Source of the DNA: Vulcanimicrobiota bacterium
GTDB lineage: Bacteria; Vulcanimicrobiota; Vulcanimicrobiia; Vulcanimicrobiales; Vulcanimicrobiaceae
Direction: 5' to 3'
Length of the DNA: 64,000 bases
Assembly (NCBI GenBank): GCA_963820825.1
Contig: CAWGBN010000008.1
Span: forward strand, 1-64,000
The notes below the pieces were generated by a model that had not been told where the DNA came from, made no database searches, and was given only the letters and a program-made list of their open reading frames with translations. Positions 10,407-21,793 of the stretch are shown piece by piece. Both the position numbers and the translations under genes were made by a program. The number at the start of each line of letters is the position of its first letter. Position 1 is the first letter of the stretch.

Positions 10407-10781
10407 CTACGATACGCCGCCGGCTAAAATAAAGATGAAGAGGCCCGCCATCGTCGCGTCGGCGCAGACCACCGCGACGGTGAGCGGGCGCTTGCGCAGC
10501 GGGCTCGTCAGGACCATCGCCCCGAGGGCCAGCTTCTCGATGATCGCAAAGAGCAGCGCCGGCACGCGGTAGTCGCTATCGTAGGCCGCGAAGACGAGCA
10601 GAGCGCCGACCAAACCGATCATCAAAAACCAGTGGCGCGCCGGGACGAGCATCGTCTTGTCGGCTGGATCGGTGCCGAGCAGTATCCGCAATAGTGCATC
10701 GGGAGCCGCCACACCGACCATAACCGAGCCGGTGAGAACTCCGGTAACCATTAAGATACCGGTGACGATGCCTTCGCTCAC
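10407..10781 (-). CDS. small hypothetical membrane protein (about 4 TM)
   Basis: four hydrophobic segments. Confidence 0.7.
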   Translation of the reverse strand: MSEGIVTGILMVTGVLTGSVMVGVAAPDALLRILLGTDPADKTMLVPARHWFLMIGLVGALLVFAAYDSDYRVPALLFAIIEKLALGAMVLTSPLRKRPLTVAVVCADATMAGLFIFILAGGVS

Positions 10782-10831
10782 GGCTCACGTATCTTCTTCG
10801 CCATCGGAGCCGTCCCCCTGGGTTCGCGCTC

Positions 10832-11848
10832 GTGGAGGACCGCGTTTCCTCGGCGATTAAGTCGATTCGATTGGATCCGGAACTGCAGGTGCCTAAGGCA
10901 CCCAGCATCGATGCCATCGAAGCGGCGCGAGTCCGTATCGCCGGCACGATCGTGCGCACCCCGCTGCTCGAGTTGCAGGGTACGAGCGGGCCGAGAATCT
11001 TCCTCAAGATGGAGAATCTGCAGCCGATCAACTCGTTCAAGCTGCGCGGAGCGGCCAACGCGGTCGCGATGCTCGATCCGAAGCAACGGGCGCTTGGCGT
11101 CTGGACGATCAGCGCAGGTAACGCCGGCCAAGGCGTCGCGTACGCGGCGCGTAAAGCCGGCGTGCCGTGCACGGTCGTCACGATCGAAACCGCGCCGGAG
11201 ACGAAGATCGCGCGCATGCGCGCGCTCGGCGCAGACGTCGTCAAAGCCTCGTTCGACGCGTGCTGGGAAGGCCTCGAGCGCCGAACCTTTCCCGGGATCG
11301 AAGGAACGTTCGTCCATCCGTTCGACGACGATCACTTCATTGCGGGCAACGCCACGGCCGGTCTTGAGATCGTCGAAGATCTGCCTGAGGTCGCGGCCGT
11401 CATCACCGCGTTGGGCGGCGGCGGATTGGTAACCGGCGTTGCCGCGGCGGTGCGCGCAAAGAAGCCGAACGTGCACATCTTCGTCGCGGAGCCCGAAACT
11501 GCGGCGCCCTACGCGCGCTCGCTGGAGCGGGGAGAGCCATCAACCTTCGAGCAGTGGCAGCCGACGTTTGTGGACGGCGCGGGCGGCAAGAGCGTCTTCC
11601 CGCGCATGTGGGAACGAATGCACGCGCTCGTAGACGGATCGATCGTCGTAACGCTCGACGAGACGCGACGCGCGATGCGCGTTCTCGCGGAGCGCTCGCG
11701 GGTGATCGCCGAAGGCGCAGGCGCGTTGCCGGTCGCCGCCGCGCTCAGCGGCAAAGCCGGCGACGGTCCGATCGTTGCGGTGATCTCCGGCGGCAACATC
11801 GATCTCGCGACCTTCTGCGAGGCGATCGCCTCAGCTTCGTCCGCTTAA
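10832..11848 (+). CDS. PLP-dependent threonine/serine dehydratase family enzyme
   Basis: LKMENLQPINSFKLRGA; SAGNAGQG; GGGGL; VISGGNID; start uncertain. Confidence 0.9.
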   Translation: MEDRVSSAIKSIRLDPELQVPKAPSIDAIEAARVRIAGTIVRTPLLELQGTSGPRIFLKMENLQPINSFKLRGAANAVAMLDPKQRALGVWTISAGNAGQGVAYAARKAGVPCTVVTIETAPETKIARMRALGADVVKASFDACWEGLERRTFPGIEGTFVHPFDDDHFIAGNATAGLEIVEDLPEVAAVITALGGGGLVTGVAAAVRAKKPNVHIFVAEPETAAPYARSLERGEPSTFEQWQPTFVDGAGGKSVFPRMWERMHALVDGSIVVTLDETRRAMRVLAERSRVIAEGAGALPVAAALSGKAGDGPIVAVISGGNIDLATFCEAIASASSA

Positions 11849-12262
11849 ATCCTCGCTCCGAGTAAGCTCGAACGCTTCGCGCAACAGCGGGAGGATCGAG
11901 CGCAGATCGGCAGGCGCGCGCAGCAGAACCACGTGCGAGACGCGCTTGCCGCTGCGCCCGACTTTGATGAACTGCGCGCCGGCGGCCTGACGGTCGAGGT
12001 GAATCACCAGCCGCAGCGTATCTCGCATCACCGTGAGATCGGCAAAGATGCGCGTCGTCCGAAAGAGGGCGTACCGGTCGCGCTTCACCACCTCGATGCG
12101 GCCGAAGACGCCCACCGCGCTCTCGAGCTTGTCGTAGAGCGCGACGAGCGCGGCCGGCCGGTCTTTGAGCAGGCTCGCCGCGTCGCCGGTGCCGCACGCG
12201 TGGCGCTGGTTGACCCGACGAAAGGTCCGCTTGCACCGCGGACATGCCCAACTCGCCGGCAC
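11831..12262 (-). CDS. DUF5655-like protein with N-terminal CxxC...HxC motif
   Basis: WACPRCKRTFRRVNQRHAC; ends LLREAFEL; GTG at 12262. Confidence 0.65.
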   Translation of the reverse strand: MPASWACPRCKRTFRRVNQRHACGTGDAASLLKDRPAALVALYDKLESAVGVFGRIEVVKRDRYALFRTTRIFADLTVMRDTLRLVIHLDRQAAGAQFIKVGRSGKRVSHVVLLRAPADLRSILPLLREAFELTRSEDLSGRS

Positions 12263-12273
12263 TCCGGTCAGAT

Positions 12274-12994
12274 CTATTTTGCGTCCTGGATCAGCTGTTG
12301 CACGTCGATCCCACGTTTCACCGGCCACAGAAGGCTCCAGACGAGCTTGAGGTTCGTCTGCGGCGAGGCGAGCGGTCGCGTAACGTATGTATAGTAGAGC
12401 AGCGAGAGCGAGATGAGCTGGTCGCCGTCTTTGAACGTTTTCGTCACTCCTCCGCCGAGCGGCACCGCCCACTTGTTCTGCGCCGCCGTCCAGTTGGCGG
12501 TGATGATCGGCGCCGACGAAAGCGCCCAGCCATTCTTGATGTTATAGTTCAGGAAAGGCTGGGTTAAAAACGAACTCACGTTGAGCCGCGACGGACCCGC
12601 GAACGACCACAGCTGCGTGAGCCGAGCGTATTCGGCGCCGGCGGTGCGGCCGAGGGTTGATTGAGAACCGGTATGATGGTCCGCGCGATCAGGGTCATGT
12701 TTTGGCCGAGCATAATCGGAACGACCGGCTGAACGTTGAGATTGTACTGCATTCGCGTGTACGGCCCGTATCCGTAGTTGAAGTTGTTCTGAAATGGGAC
12801 GACGGCGATATTGCCGACGGGGTTCTGCGAGATCTTGATGATGGCGAGCCGAATCGCCGCTGTGCCGGCGTCAACTCGGATGTGTCAAAGCCCCCGGTCT
12901 CGGATGGGGCCGGGGTCGCAGCCTGCTGCGCGGACGCACGCGGCGTCGTAATGGCCGCCAGGATGCAGATTGCGACGACGAACGTACTCTTCAC
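12274..12994 (-). pseudogene. outer-membrane transporter-like ('neuromedin U'-annotated) protein, frameshifted and internally deleted
   Basis: SQNPVGNIAVVPFQNNFNYG..LNVQPVVP then QLWSFAG..FLTQPFLNYN..SSAPIITANW..VPLGGG in different frames; breaks near 12860 and 12625. Confidence 0.7.
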
Positions 12995-13124
12995 TAGAGG
13001 TACTATATCGCGTTTCGCCCGTCCACCGCTATCACAAAACCGCAAGGTCTTCGCGCGGTAGGAAAAGCGGAGTGCGGCGCCTCGGCAGCCAATGTGGCCT
13101 CGTCGACGCGGAGGGAGGTATTTT

Positions 13125-14711
13125 ATGCGACGTCTACTTCTCGCTATTTCACTCATCCCCGCAACGCTGCTCTTCGCAGCCTGCGGCAGCGGCGTTCAGC
13201 CGCCGGGTGCCGGCACGGCCGGCGATCTTACGACTCTGCGTCGCCTGCATCGTAAGCATACGCCACCCTTCCCTCCGCCTCTGCGGCACCGCGTAACTGC
13301 CGCCGAGCGGTCGCGCGCGAAAGCGGGCGGGTGGGAGCGAGTCTCGGCGCCGGTCTCCTGGAGCAGCGGGCCGGGAACGGAGTTGCTGATGACCGACGGA
13401 ACGGTTCTGGTCCAGGATTCTTGCACGTCGAACTGGCACCGGCTGACGCCAAATCAAAACGGCAGCTACGTTTCGGGAACGTGGAGCAAGGCCGCCTCGA
13501 TGCCCTCCGGCTACAATCCGCTCTACTTCGCCTCGGCGGTGCTCCCGAACGGCTATTTGATCGTTAACGGGGGCGAGTACAACGGCTCGGGCTGCGCCGG
13601 CGCCGAGACCAATCTCGGCGCGATCTACGATCCGTTCAACGACACGTGGACGGCCCTCTCGCCGCCGGCGGGTTGGTCGAGCATCGGCGACGCTCAGAGC
13701 GTCGTGTTGGCCAACGGCACCTACATGCTCGGCAACTGCTGCTACGTCTATCAAGGGCTCTTCAATCAAGGCTCGTCGACCTGGACGCAGACCGGCCCAG
13801 GCAACGGAAAGGGCGATGTCAATAGTGAGGAAGGCTGGACGCTGCTGCGCAACGGTGACGTTCTGGCGGTAGACGTGGTGACGGCGCCATACGCTCAACT
13901 CTATAACCCGAGCGCGAACAAGTGGACCTCCGCGGGCAAACTCCCGGTCAATCTGGTTGCAGGCGACGAGATCGGACCGGCAACGCTGCGCCCGAATAAC
14001 ACGGTCTTCGTCGCCGGCGCGACCGGAGCGAACGTGGTTTACAAAGTGAATCGCGGAACCTGGACCCAGACGCAGAGCTTTCCGGTCGTCAACGGCGCGC
14101 AACTCGACGTCGCCGACGGACCGGCCGCTCTGCTCGCCAATGGCGACGTCATGATCCCCGCGAGCCCGGGGTTGTACAACGCGCCCGCTTATTATTTCGT
14201 GTTTGACGGAACCTCGCTCACGAGCATCGCGGCGCCGCCAAATGCGCCGAACGACTCAACGTATAACACGCGGCTTCTCGTGCTGCCGACGGGTCAAGTG
14301 ATGGAGACCGATGGTTCGACCGACATCGAAATTTACACCGGGCACAAGGGCGGTGCTCGCTTTGCGCCGGTCATTACATCGGTACCGTCGTCGCTCAGCG
14401 CCGGCGGCACGTTCACGCTAACGGGCACCGGCTTGAACGGCATCTCGCAGACGAGCATGTACGGCGACGATGCTCAACAGGCAACGAACTATCCACTCGT
14501 GCGCATCGTTAACGGTGCAAGCGGCAAGGTCGTTTACTGCCGCACGCACGGATTCAGCTTCATGGGTGTCGGCTCCAGTCAGAGTGTCTCGACCTCATTT
14601 GACGTACCCTCGAGCGTAGAGCCCGGCGCCGCCACCTTGGTGGTCGTCGCGAACGGCATCCCATCGGCACCTGCGGCGGTTACCGTAGAATCGTCGCGAC
14701 GCCGTCACTGA
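13125..14711 (+). CDS. kelch-like propeller lipoprotein with C-terminal Ig-like domain
   Basis: GGAGG RBS; FAAC lipobox; LYFASAVLPNG, YDPFNDTW repeats; LVVVANGIPS end. Confidence 0.8.
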   Translation: MRRLLLAISLIPATLLFAACGSGVQPPGAGTAGDLTTLRRLHRKHTPPFPPPLRHRVTAAERSRAKAGGWERVSAPVSWSSGPGTELLMTDGTVLVQDSCTSNWHRLTPNQNGSYVSGTWSKAASMPSGYNPLYFASAVLPNGYLIVNGGEYNGSGCAGAETNLGAIYDPFNDTWTALSPPAGWSSIGDAQSVVLANGTYMLGNCCYVYQGLFNQGSSTWTQTGPGNGKGDVNSEEGWTLLRNGDVLAVDVVTAPYAQLYNPSANKWTSAGKLPVNLVAGDEIGPATLRPNNTVFVAGATGANVVYKVNRGTWTQTQSFPVVNGAQLDVADGPAALLANGDVMIPASPGLYNAPAYYFVFDGTSLTSIAAPPNAPNDSTYNTRLLVLPTGQVMETDGSTDIEIYTGHKGGARFAPVITSVPSSLSAGGTFTLTGTGLNGISQTSMYGDDAQQATNYPLVRIVNGASGKVVYCRTHGFSFMGVGSSQSVSTSFDVPSSVEPGAATLVVVANGIPSAPAAVTVESSRRRH

Positions 14712-14743
14712 GCCCTGAGCCCACACTCGGGTCCTCGCTTGCG

Positions 14744-14785
14744 GACTGGAGGGATTTGTGAGAGAATCCCTTCAGTCACAAAAGC
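14744..14785. terminator. hairpin, probable intrinsic terminator
   Basis: GACTGGAGGGATT / AATCCCTTCAGTC near-perfect inverted repeat after stop 14711. Confidence 0.55.
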
Positions 14786-14983
14786 GCGATCTTTCGAGCG
14801 GTCGATAATATTGCGCCACTGAAAGATCGGTACGATTCTAAGCCTCCTTGCCTACCCGCCGAGCGGCGACACCCACCAAGCCTATCTTCGGATGAGCTCG
14901 GTCGGTTCAGTGCGTCCGCCCTCGCTCAGAACCCCGCTTTTGACCGACCCGTCACACCAAAACCGACAAAGGGAGAGCTAGTC

Positions 14984-15310
14984 ATAGCTGTTCGCAATAG
15001 AAAACAACGAAACCGCGTGCGCGTGCCCAAAGTGGCCGCGCCGCAAAATGTCAAGGAATCCCCACTTGAGGTAATCGGCAGCATCAAGCAAGTTTTCCCG
15101 AGCGCGACGTTCTCCGTCGAGCTCGATAACGGCCACGTCGTCCTCGGCCACATCGCCGGACGCCTGCGCCGGCATCGCATCCGAATTCTTCCCGGCGATC
15201 GCGTAGACTTGGAACTCTCGCCCTACGATTTAACGAAGGGCCGAATCGTCTATCGCTATCGCGCCGGCGAAGCGCGGCGAACGTCGCCGCGATCCGACCA
15301 ACCAACTTAA
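14984..15310 (+). CDS. infA: translation initiation factor IF-1 (extended paralogue); start ATA 14984 or GTG 15017
   Basis: [49 protein letters not shown]. Confidence 0.9.
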   Translation: MAVRNRKQRNRVRVPKVAAPQNVKESPLEVIGSIKQVFPSATFSVELDNGHVVLGHIAGRLRRHRIRILPGDRVDLELSPYDLTKGRIVYRYRAGEARRTSPRSDQPT

Positions 15311-15335
15311 AATTTATTTAGGAGACCCACATAGT

Positions 15336-15641
15336 ATGTATACCGATGAAACATTGAGCTGCCTCGACTGCGGGCGTTCGTTCACATTTAGCGCAAGCGA
15401 GCAAGAGTTTTTTGCCACGCGCGGCTTCACCAACAAACCCGGACGATGCGGCGACTGCCGAGCCGCTCGCAAGGCGGCCAACGGGGGCCAACGCGGCCCG
15501 TCGTCTCGCGGCGGCGCCCGCGAGCTCTTCAAAGCAACGTGCAGTCAGTGCGGCGGCGTCGCAGAGGTTCCGTTTCAGCCGCGGACCGGCCGACCGATCT
15601 ATTGCCGCGACTGCTTCTCTTCGCAGCAGGCATATCGCTAG
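15336..15641 (+). CDS. zinc-ribbon / CxxC-x17-CxxC domain protein
   Basis: LSCLDCGRSFTFSASEQEFF..PGRCGDC; TCSQCG..VPFQPR..PIYCRDCF. Confidence 0.9.
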   Translation: MYTDETLSCLDCGRSFTFSASEQEFFATRGFTNKPGRCGDCRAARKAANGGQRGPSSRGGARELFKATCSQCGGVAEVPFQPRTGRPIYCRDCFSSQQAYR

Positions 15642-15644
15642 GAC

Positions 15645-16490
15645 GTGAGCCCGCGAGTTCGCCGCCGCCTCAACGGCCTCGGCCTGGGTGTAATCCACCT
15701 CGCGGCGCTGACGGCGTTCATCCCGGGCACGTTCGAATGGAGCGCGGTGGCCGCCGCTGCCGTCGTCCTGTACGTCACCGGCGGGCTCGGGGTCGCTCTC
15801 TGCTTCCATCGCACGATCACGCATCGCGGTTTGCGACTGCGCAAGCCGCTCGAGTACGCGCTGAGCACCCTTGGTACGCTCGCACTCCAGGGCGATCCGA
15901 TTCGCTGGGTCGTCATTCACCGCATCCATCACGCGCACTCGGACGTGGAAGGCGACCCCCACGGACGCGACCGCGGCTTTCGCTGGGCACATATCAACTG
16001 GCTCTATTGGCCAAACGATGCGCTGCCGACCAAGGGCGACCTGCAGCGGTTTGCGCCGGACTTGTATGCGGACCGCTTCTATCGAGCGCTCCCGTACGCG
16101 CAGTGGCCGCTGCACCTGGCGCTCGCCGCTCTTCTCTTCGCGCTAGGCGGCTGGAGCTGGGTAATCTGGGGGATGGCCGTTCGCCTCGTCGTCGGATACC
16201 ACGCTACGTGGCTGGTCAATAGCGCGGCGCACTCGATCGGTTACCGCAGCTACCGCACGCACGACTTATCCACGAACTGTTGGTGGGTTGCGCTTATCTC
16301 GTGGGGCGAAGGCTGGCATAACAATCACCACGCGTTTCCCTATTCGGCACGGCACGGTCTTCGCTGGTTCGAAATCGATCCTACGTGGTGGATCGTGAGG
16401 GTGCTCGCACTCTTCCGTCTTGCCGACGACATCCGGATTCCCTCGAGCGGAGCGCTCCTTCGCGTCAAAAAGGAAGCTGTTTCGGCGTAA
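15645..16490 (+). CDS. fatty acid (delta-9 type) desaturase
   Basis: His boxes HRTITH, HRIHH, GEGWHNNHH. Confidence 0.92.
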   Translation: MSPRVRRRLNGLGLGVIHLAALTAFIPGTFEWSAVAAAAVVLYVTGGLGVALCFHRTITHRGLRLRKPLEYALSTLGTLALQGDPIRWVVIHRIHHAHSDVEGDPHGRDRGFRWAHINWLYWPNDALPTKGDLQRFAPDLYADRFYRALPYAQWPLHLALAALLFALGGWSWVIWGMAVRLVVGYHATWLVNSAAHSIGYRSYRTHDLSTNCWWVALISWGEGWHNNHHAFPYSARHGLRWFEIDPTWWIVRVLALFRLADDIRIPSSGALLRVKKEAVSA

Positions 16491-16800
16491 CCCGAAAAAC
16501 GCCCGATTCGCAGATATCGATGATCTGCTGCTCGCTCAAGCGTTGAAACGTCTTGTTCCCGAACTCGAACGACTCGCCGACTCGGACCTCATCGTAGCGC
16601 GCCTGCGCACCGAAGTTCAGCGGCGGCCGCAGTTGCAGCGCCTGCTTTTTGAAGTCGACGCGATAGGCTTGGTCTTTTCCGAACAAGACGACCTCGCCGC
16701 GGCTGTTGGTGTAGCCCCCATAGACCGGCTCCGAAAGCGCCGGAGAGCTTGGCCCTTTCCCCGTGATCCGTATCGCGAGGCTAGCGATGGGGGAACTCAT
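16465..16800 (-). CDS. hypothetical protein
   Basis: ATG at 16800; globular-looking composition; follows two minus-strand genes. Confidence 0.5.
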   Translation of the reverse strand: MSSPIASLAIRITGKGPSSPALSEPVYGGYTNSRGEVVLFGKDQAYRVDFKKQALQLRPPLNFGAQARYDEVRVGESFEFGNKTFQRLSEQQIIDICESGVFRVTPKQLPF

Positions 16801-16870
16801 GAGTAAGTTGCATTTACGGATAACGCTCGAAAAGACCTTTAATCGCAAGCGAAGCCTCGCGTCTTCGGCG

Positions 16871-17164
16871 CTACGGCCAATCCCAAATGAGGCCTTCTGC
16901 CGGCGCGCCGCTGCAGCCGGATAGTCCGTAGAGAACGAGCGCGCCGCTGCCGATTGCGAAGAGCAGCAAGGCGCCGGCGACGAGATAGAGCGTCGTTCGA
17001 GCCGACGAGCGCTGCGCGCTGCGGCGCGCGGCGAAGCACACCGCCAGCGCGACCGCGATGAATACGGAAATGAGCGCCGCCAACCGCATCAGAAAGAGCG
17101 CTTTGGCGTGCGGACAATATCGCGCCGACAGATCCTGTGCGACGGAAATCTGCAGGTGATCCAT
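16871..17164 (-). CDS. small membrane protein (Cys-flanked 2-TM hairpin)
   Basis: ATG 2 nt after upstream stop; ARYC..TM..RR..TM..SGC. Confidence 0.6.
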   Translation of the reverse strand: MDHLQISVAQDLSARYCPHAKALFLMRLAALISVFIAVALAVCFAARRSAQRSSARTTLYLVAGALLLFAIGSGALVLYGLSGCSGAPAEGLIWDWP

Positions 17165-17166
17165 GG

Positions 17167-18802
<1,636 letters not shown>

Positions 18803-19019
18803 TTAAAAACTGAAGCGTCGATACGACGACGAAGACCAGAACTGTTGCGACCATCAGGCGCATACTCTTGAACGCCGCAACCGGCGGGTTTGGATCAGTC
18901 GCTACGGGTCGATCCGGCTCGGCATAGTAACGCGACTCCTAAACGGCAGTTGGCGTTTCGGCCAAAATGCACGAACGGAAGGCGCTGTCCAAGGCGCTCG
19001 CATCGAGGCTCCCGGCTGA

Positions 19020-19110
19020 CGGACGACGTCGGCTTATAGTACGGAGGAAACTGCAGGCCACTGCCCGGCTCACCGCCATATGGGTTCTTCGTGACGGCCT
19101 CGTCGGCCAT
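19020..19110 (-). pseudogene. N-terminal stub resembling GntH-like MBL-fold metallo-hydrolases
   Basis: GGAG RBS, MADEAVTKNPYGGEPGSGLQFPPYYKPT, then similarity lost; family recalled from memory. Confidence 0.4.
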
Positions 19111-19564
19111 GGATCTTCTCCGTAGTTTTCAAACCGCTAAAAGTAGCAGTTTACGCCTTAAATTTAGGCCTTTTGAAACCCCGGCTGACCGGCTTGGGTA
19201 GTACCCTGTGAGTATCAGCAAGACAGAATCGAAAGTTGAAACATTTAAATGGCTACCACCAAAATATTAGATCGGTCGCGCGCTTCCGCAGCCGTAGATG
19301 ACACGGTCAACGGCAGCGTTGATAAGAGCACGTGCGATTACGGCCTCTACGGCACCTCACGGCGAAGAGATTTCATCTTCAGTGTGCGTTAGTTCTTCGA
19401 ATCGCGAATTGGGTACTCCGACCGCGGAACGTAGGTATACTTCTCTCCGCAGATGCGGCAAACGTTCAACGGGCTTCCAAAATGCTCGTGGGGCTCGTAT
19501 ACTTTTGCGACTTTCGCACGCTTCTTGGCCGGTGCTGTAGTTTCGATGGTGTCTACTCTATCTC

Positions 19565-19614
19565 GCTCCGAGAATCCGGAGCAGCGCGCCTCCAGGCCGG
19601 AGGCGTCCTTTTCT
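19565..19614 (+). terminator. tandem hairpins with U-tract upstream of desaturase (terminator/attenuator)
   Basis: GCTCCG/CGGAGC then CGCCTCC/GGAGGCG followed by TCCTTTTCT. Confidence 0.5.
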
Positions 19615-19693
19615 ATTCGGGATTTGCAGGACGGGGACCTCGGCTCCGAAATCTCTCAGGTCGCGCCTCAATTCGCGAAGGAATCTAGACAAA

Positions 19694-20596
19694 GTGAATA
19701 GCTCGCTCTCGCACTCCCGCGGTCGCAGTAACCTAGCTACCGGTTTGGGACTTGCGCTCATCCATCTCGGCGCCTTGGCGGCGTTCATTCCCGCCCTGTT
19801 TTCGTGGAGCGCGGTCGGCGTCGCGGCGGTTTTGGTTTACGTAACCGGAGGTCTCGGAGTGACGCTCGGCTTCCACCGGCTGCTCACCCATCGCAGCCTC
19901 CAGTTGCCCAAGGGCGTCGAATATCTCCTCACCGTGCTCGGCGTGCTTGCCCTCCAAGGCGGACCGATCGACTGGGTGGCAACGCACCGTCGCCATCACA
20001 CGAACTCCGACCGAGAGGGCGATCCGCACGGCATGGACCGAGGTTTCTGGTGGGCTCACGTCGGCTGGCTCGTTTTGCCGAACCCAGCGCGCCCGACACT
20101 CGCGGAGCAGCACCGGCTCGCGGCCGACCTCGCAGCAGATCCGTTTTACCGGTTCATGGAGAAAACGGCGCTCCTGTGGCAGGTCGCGCTCGGCCTCTTG
20201 CTCTTCGCGCTCGGCGGCTGGTCGTGGGTCGTGTGGGGCATCTTCGTTCGGCTCGTCGTCACGTATCACATCACGTGGTTCGTCAACAGCGCCTCTCACT
20301 GGACCGGCTACCGCACCTTCCGCACGGGCGACCGTTCGACCAACAACTGGTGGGTGGCACTTCTCGCTTGGGGAGAGGGCTGGCACAACAATCACCACGC
20401 CTTCCCATTCTCGGCTCGGCACGGCCTGCGCTGGTTTGAACTCGATCTCACCTGGTTTACGATCCGCGCCCTACAACTCGTTGGGATCGTGCGCAGCGTC
20501 AAGCTCCCGACGATGGCGATGCTCGACCGCCTTCGCGTAATCGAACCGGCAAAGGTTCCAGTGTCGGCGGTCACCGCACCGCTGGCGGGGCGATAG
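19694..20596 (+). CDS. fatty acid (delta-9 type) desaturase, paralogue 2
   Basis: HRLLTH, HRRHH, GEGWHNNHH. Confidence 0.93.
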   Translation: MNSSLSHSRGRSNLATGLGLALIHLGALAAFIPALFSWSAVGVAAVLVYVTGGLGVTLGFHRLLTHRSLQLPKGVEYLLTVLGVLALQGGPIDWVATHRRHHTNSDREGDPHGMDRGFWWAHVGWLVLPNPARPTLAEQHRLAADLAADPFYRFMEKTALLWQVALGLLLFALGGWSWVVWGIFVRLVVTYHITWFVNSASHWTGYRTFRTGDRSTNNWWVALLAWGEGWHNNHHAFPFSARHGLRWFELDLTWFTIRALQLVGIVRSVKLPTMAMLDRLRVIEPAKVPVSAVTAPLAGR

Positions 20597-20623
20597 AATT
20601 TGAACTAAAGCACCGCGACGAGA

Positions 20624-21679
20624 CTACGGCGTCTTCTTCGTCGCCTGTGCCTCGTTTGCGCGTTGGATTGCCGGCGCGACGATCCGCAAGCCGAGCACTT
20701 GGAGAACCGCCGCGGCTGGGACCGCCAGGAAGGCGCCCCCGATGCCCAACAGTGTGCCGCCAACGACCGTCGACAGAATGATCAAGAGAAAGCTCAACTG
20801 AACCCGCTGCCCGAAGATGATCGGCGAGAGCACGTTCTGGTCGATCACCTGAACGACCGCGAAAATCGCCAGTGCGATCAGCATCTTTTCCCAGCCGCTC
20901 GTCGCTAGTACGACAAGAATAATAATCGGCCCTGATATTACCGCACCGACCATCGGGATGGCTTGGAAGATAGCGGCAATGAATCCTAAGAGCAAAGCGT
21001 ACGGGACGCCGAGCAGCCCAAGCGAAGCGCCCATGACGACGCCGACGACCGAACCGTTGATGACCATGCCCTGCACGTACGCGCTTAGCCGCGCCCCGAT
21101 GTCGGCGAAGGCGTCATGCCAATCCGAACGCGCCGCTGCAGGCATCAGGCTAAGCACGAATTGCTCGAGATCGTCGGACGAGAGCATCCATCCAACCGCG
21201 AGTAAGAAGATCAGAATCACATTGCCGATCGCCGCCGCGACGGACGCAGTACCGCCAAGGAGGTGCAGGCCGATCGCGCTTGCTGCGCCGCCGGCACTCC
21301 CGGCTAGCGCACCGGCCAATTGGCGCGCAGTTTGGTCGTTCTCAAAATGCCGCTGCACGACGGTAAGTTGGTCCTGTAGCGACTTCGCGTAACCCGGGAG
21401 CGATTGGATCAACTTTGCGAGTTCCGCTCCAATCGGTTGCACGAGCACGACGCCGATCACAACGATCGCAACCGTCACGACGACGAACGCGAGCCCGACG
21501 GCGGCCCCGTACGGCATTCGCTTGGCCATGCGATCGACGATCGGTCGAAGACCGGCGGCGAACAGCACGGCGGTAAAGAGCAGCAGCAGCGCTGAAAGCG
21601 CCCCCGAGAGGACGCACCACACAAGGAAAGTTCCCGCGGCCACCGCCGCGCCGATCAGCCATCCGCGCAAGCTAATCAT
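20624..21679 (-). CDS. AI-2E family transporter
   Basis: LRPIVD; IPMVGA; QVIDQNVLSPIIFG; GAFLAVPAAA. Confidence 0.9.
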   Translation of the reverse strand: MISLRGWLIGAAVAAGTFLVWCVLSGALSALLLLFTAVLFAAGLRPIVDRMAKRMPYGAAVGLAFVVVTVAIVVIGVVLVQPIGAELAKLIQSLPGYAKSLQDQLTVVQRHFENDQTARQLAGALAGSAGGAASAIGLHLLGGTASVAAAIGNVILIFLLAVGWMLSSDDLEQFVLSLMPAAARSDWHDAFADIGARLSAYVQGMVINGSVVGVVMGASLGLLGVPYALLLGFIAAIFQAIPMVGAVISGPIIILVVLATSGWEKMLIALAIFAVVQVIDQNVLSPIIFGQRVQLSFLLIILSTVVGGTLLGIGGAFLAVPAAAVLQVLGLRIVAPAIQRANEAQATKKTP

Positions 21680-21793
21680 CCGACTTCCTCAATGTCGCGA
21701 CTCGTTGACGGGTGACTGAAGGTCTCCTGCTCTGGTGGATATCCGACCGACAAAGCCAGAGGGCCTGATTAGCACGTAAGGAACCAAAACGCT

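Noticed and set aside
16420..16806. Plus-strand 128-aa ORF
   Set aside because: Overlaps the desaturase and the more plausible minus-strand ORF 16465-16800; no RBS
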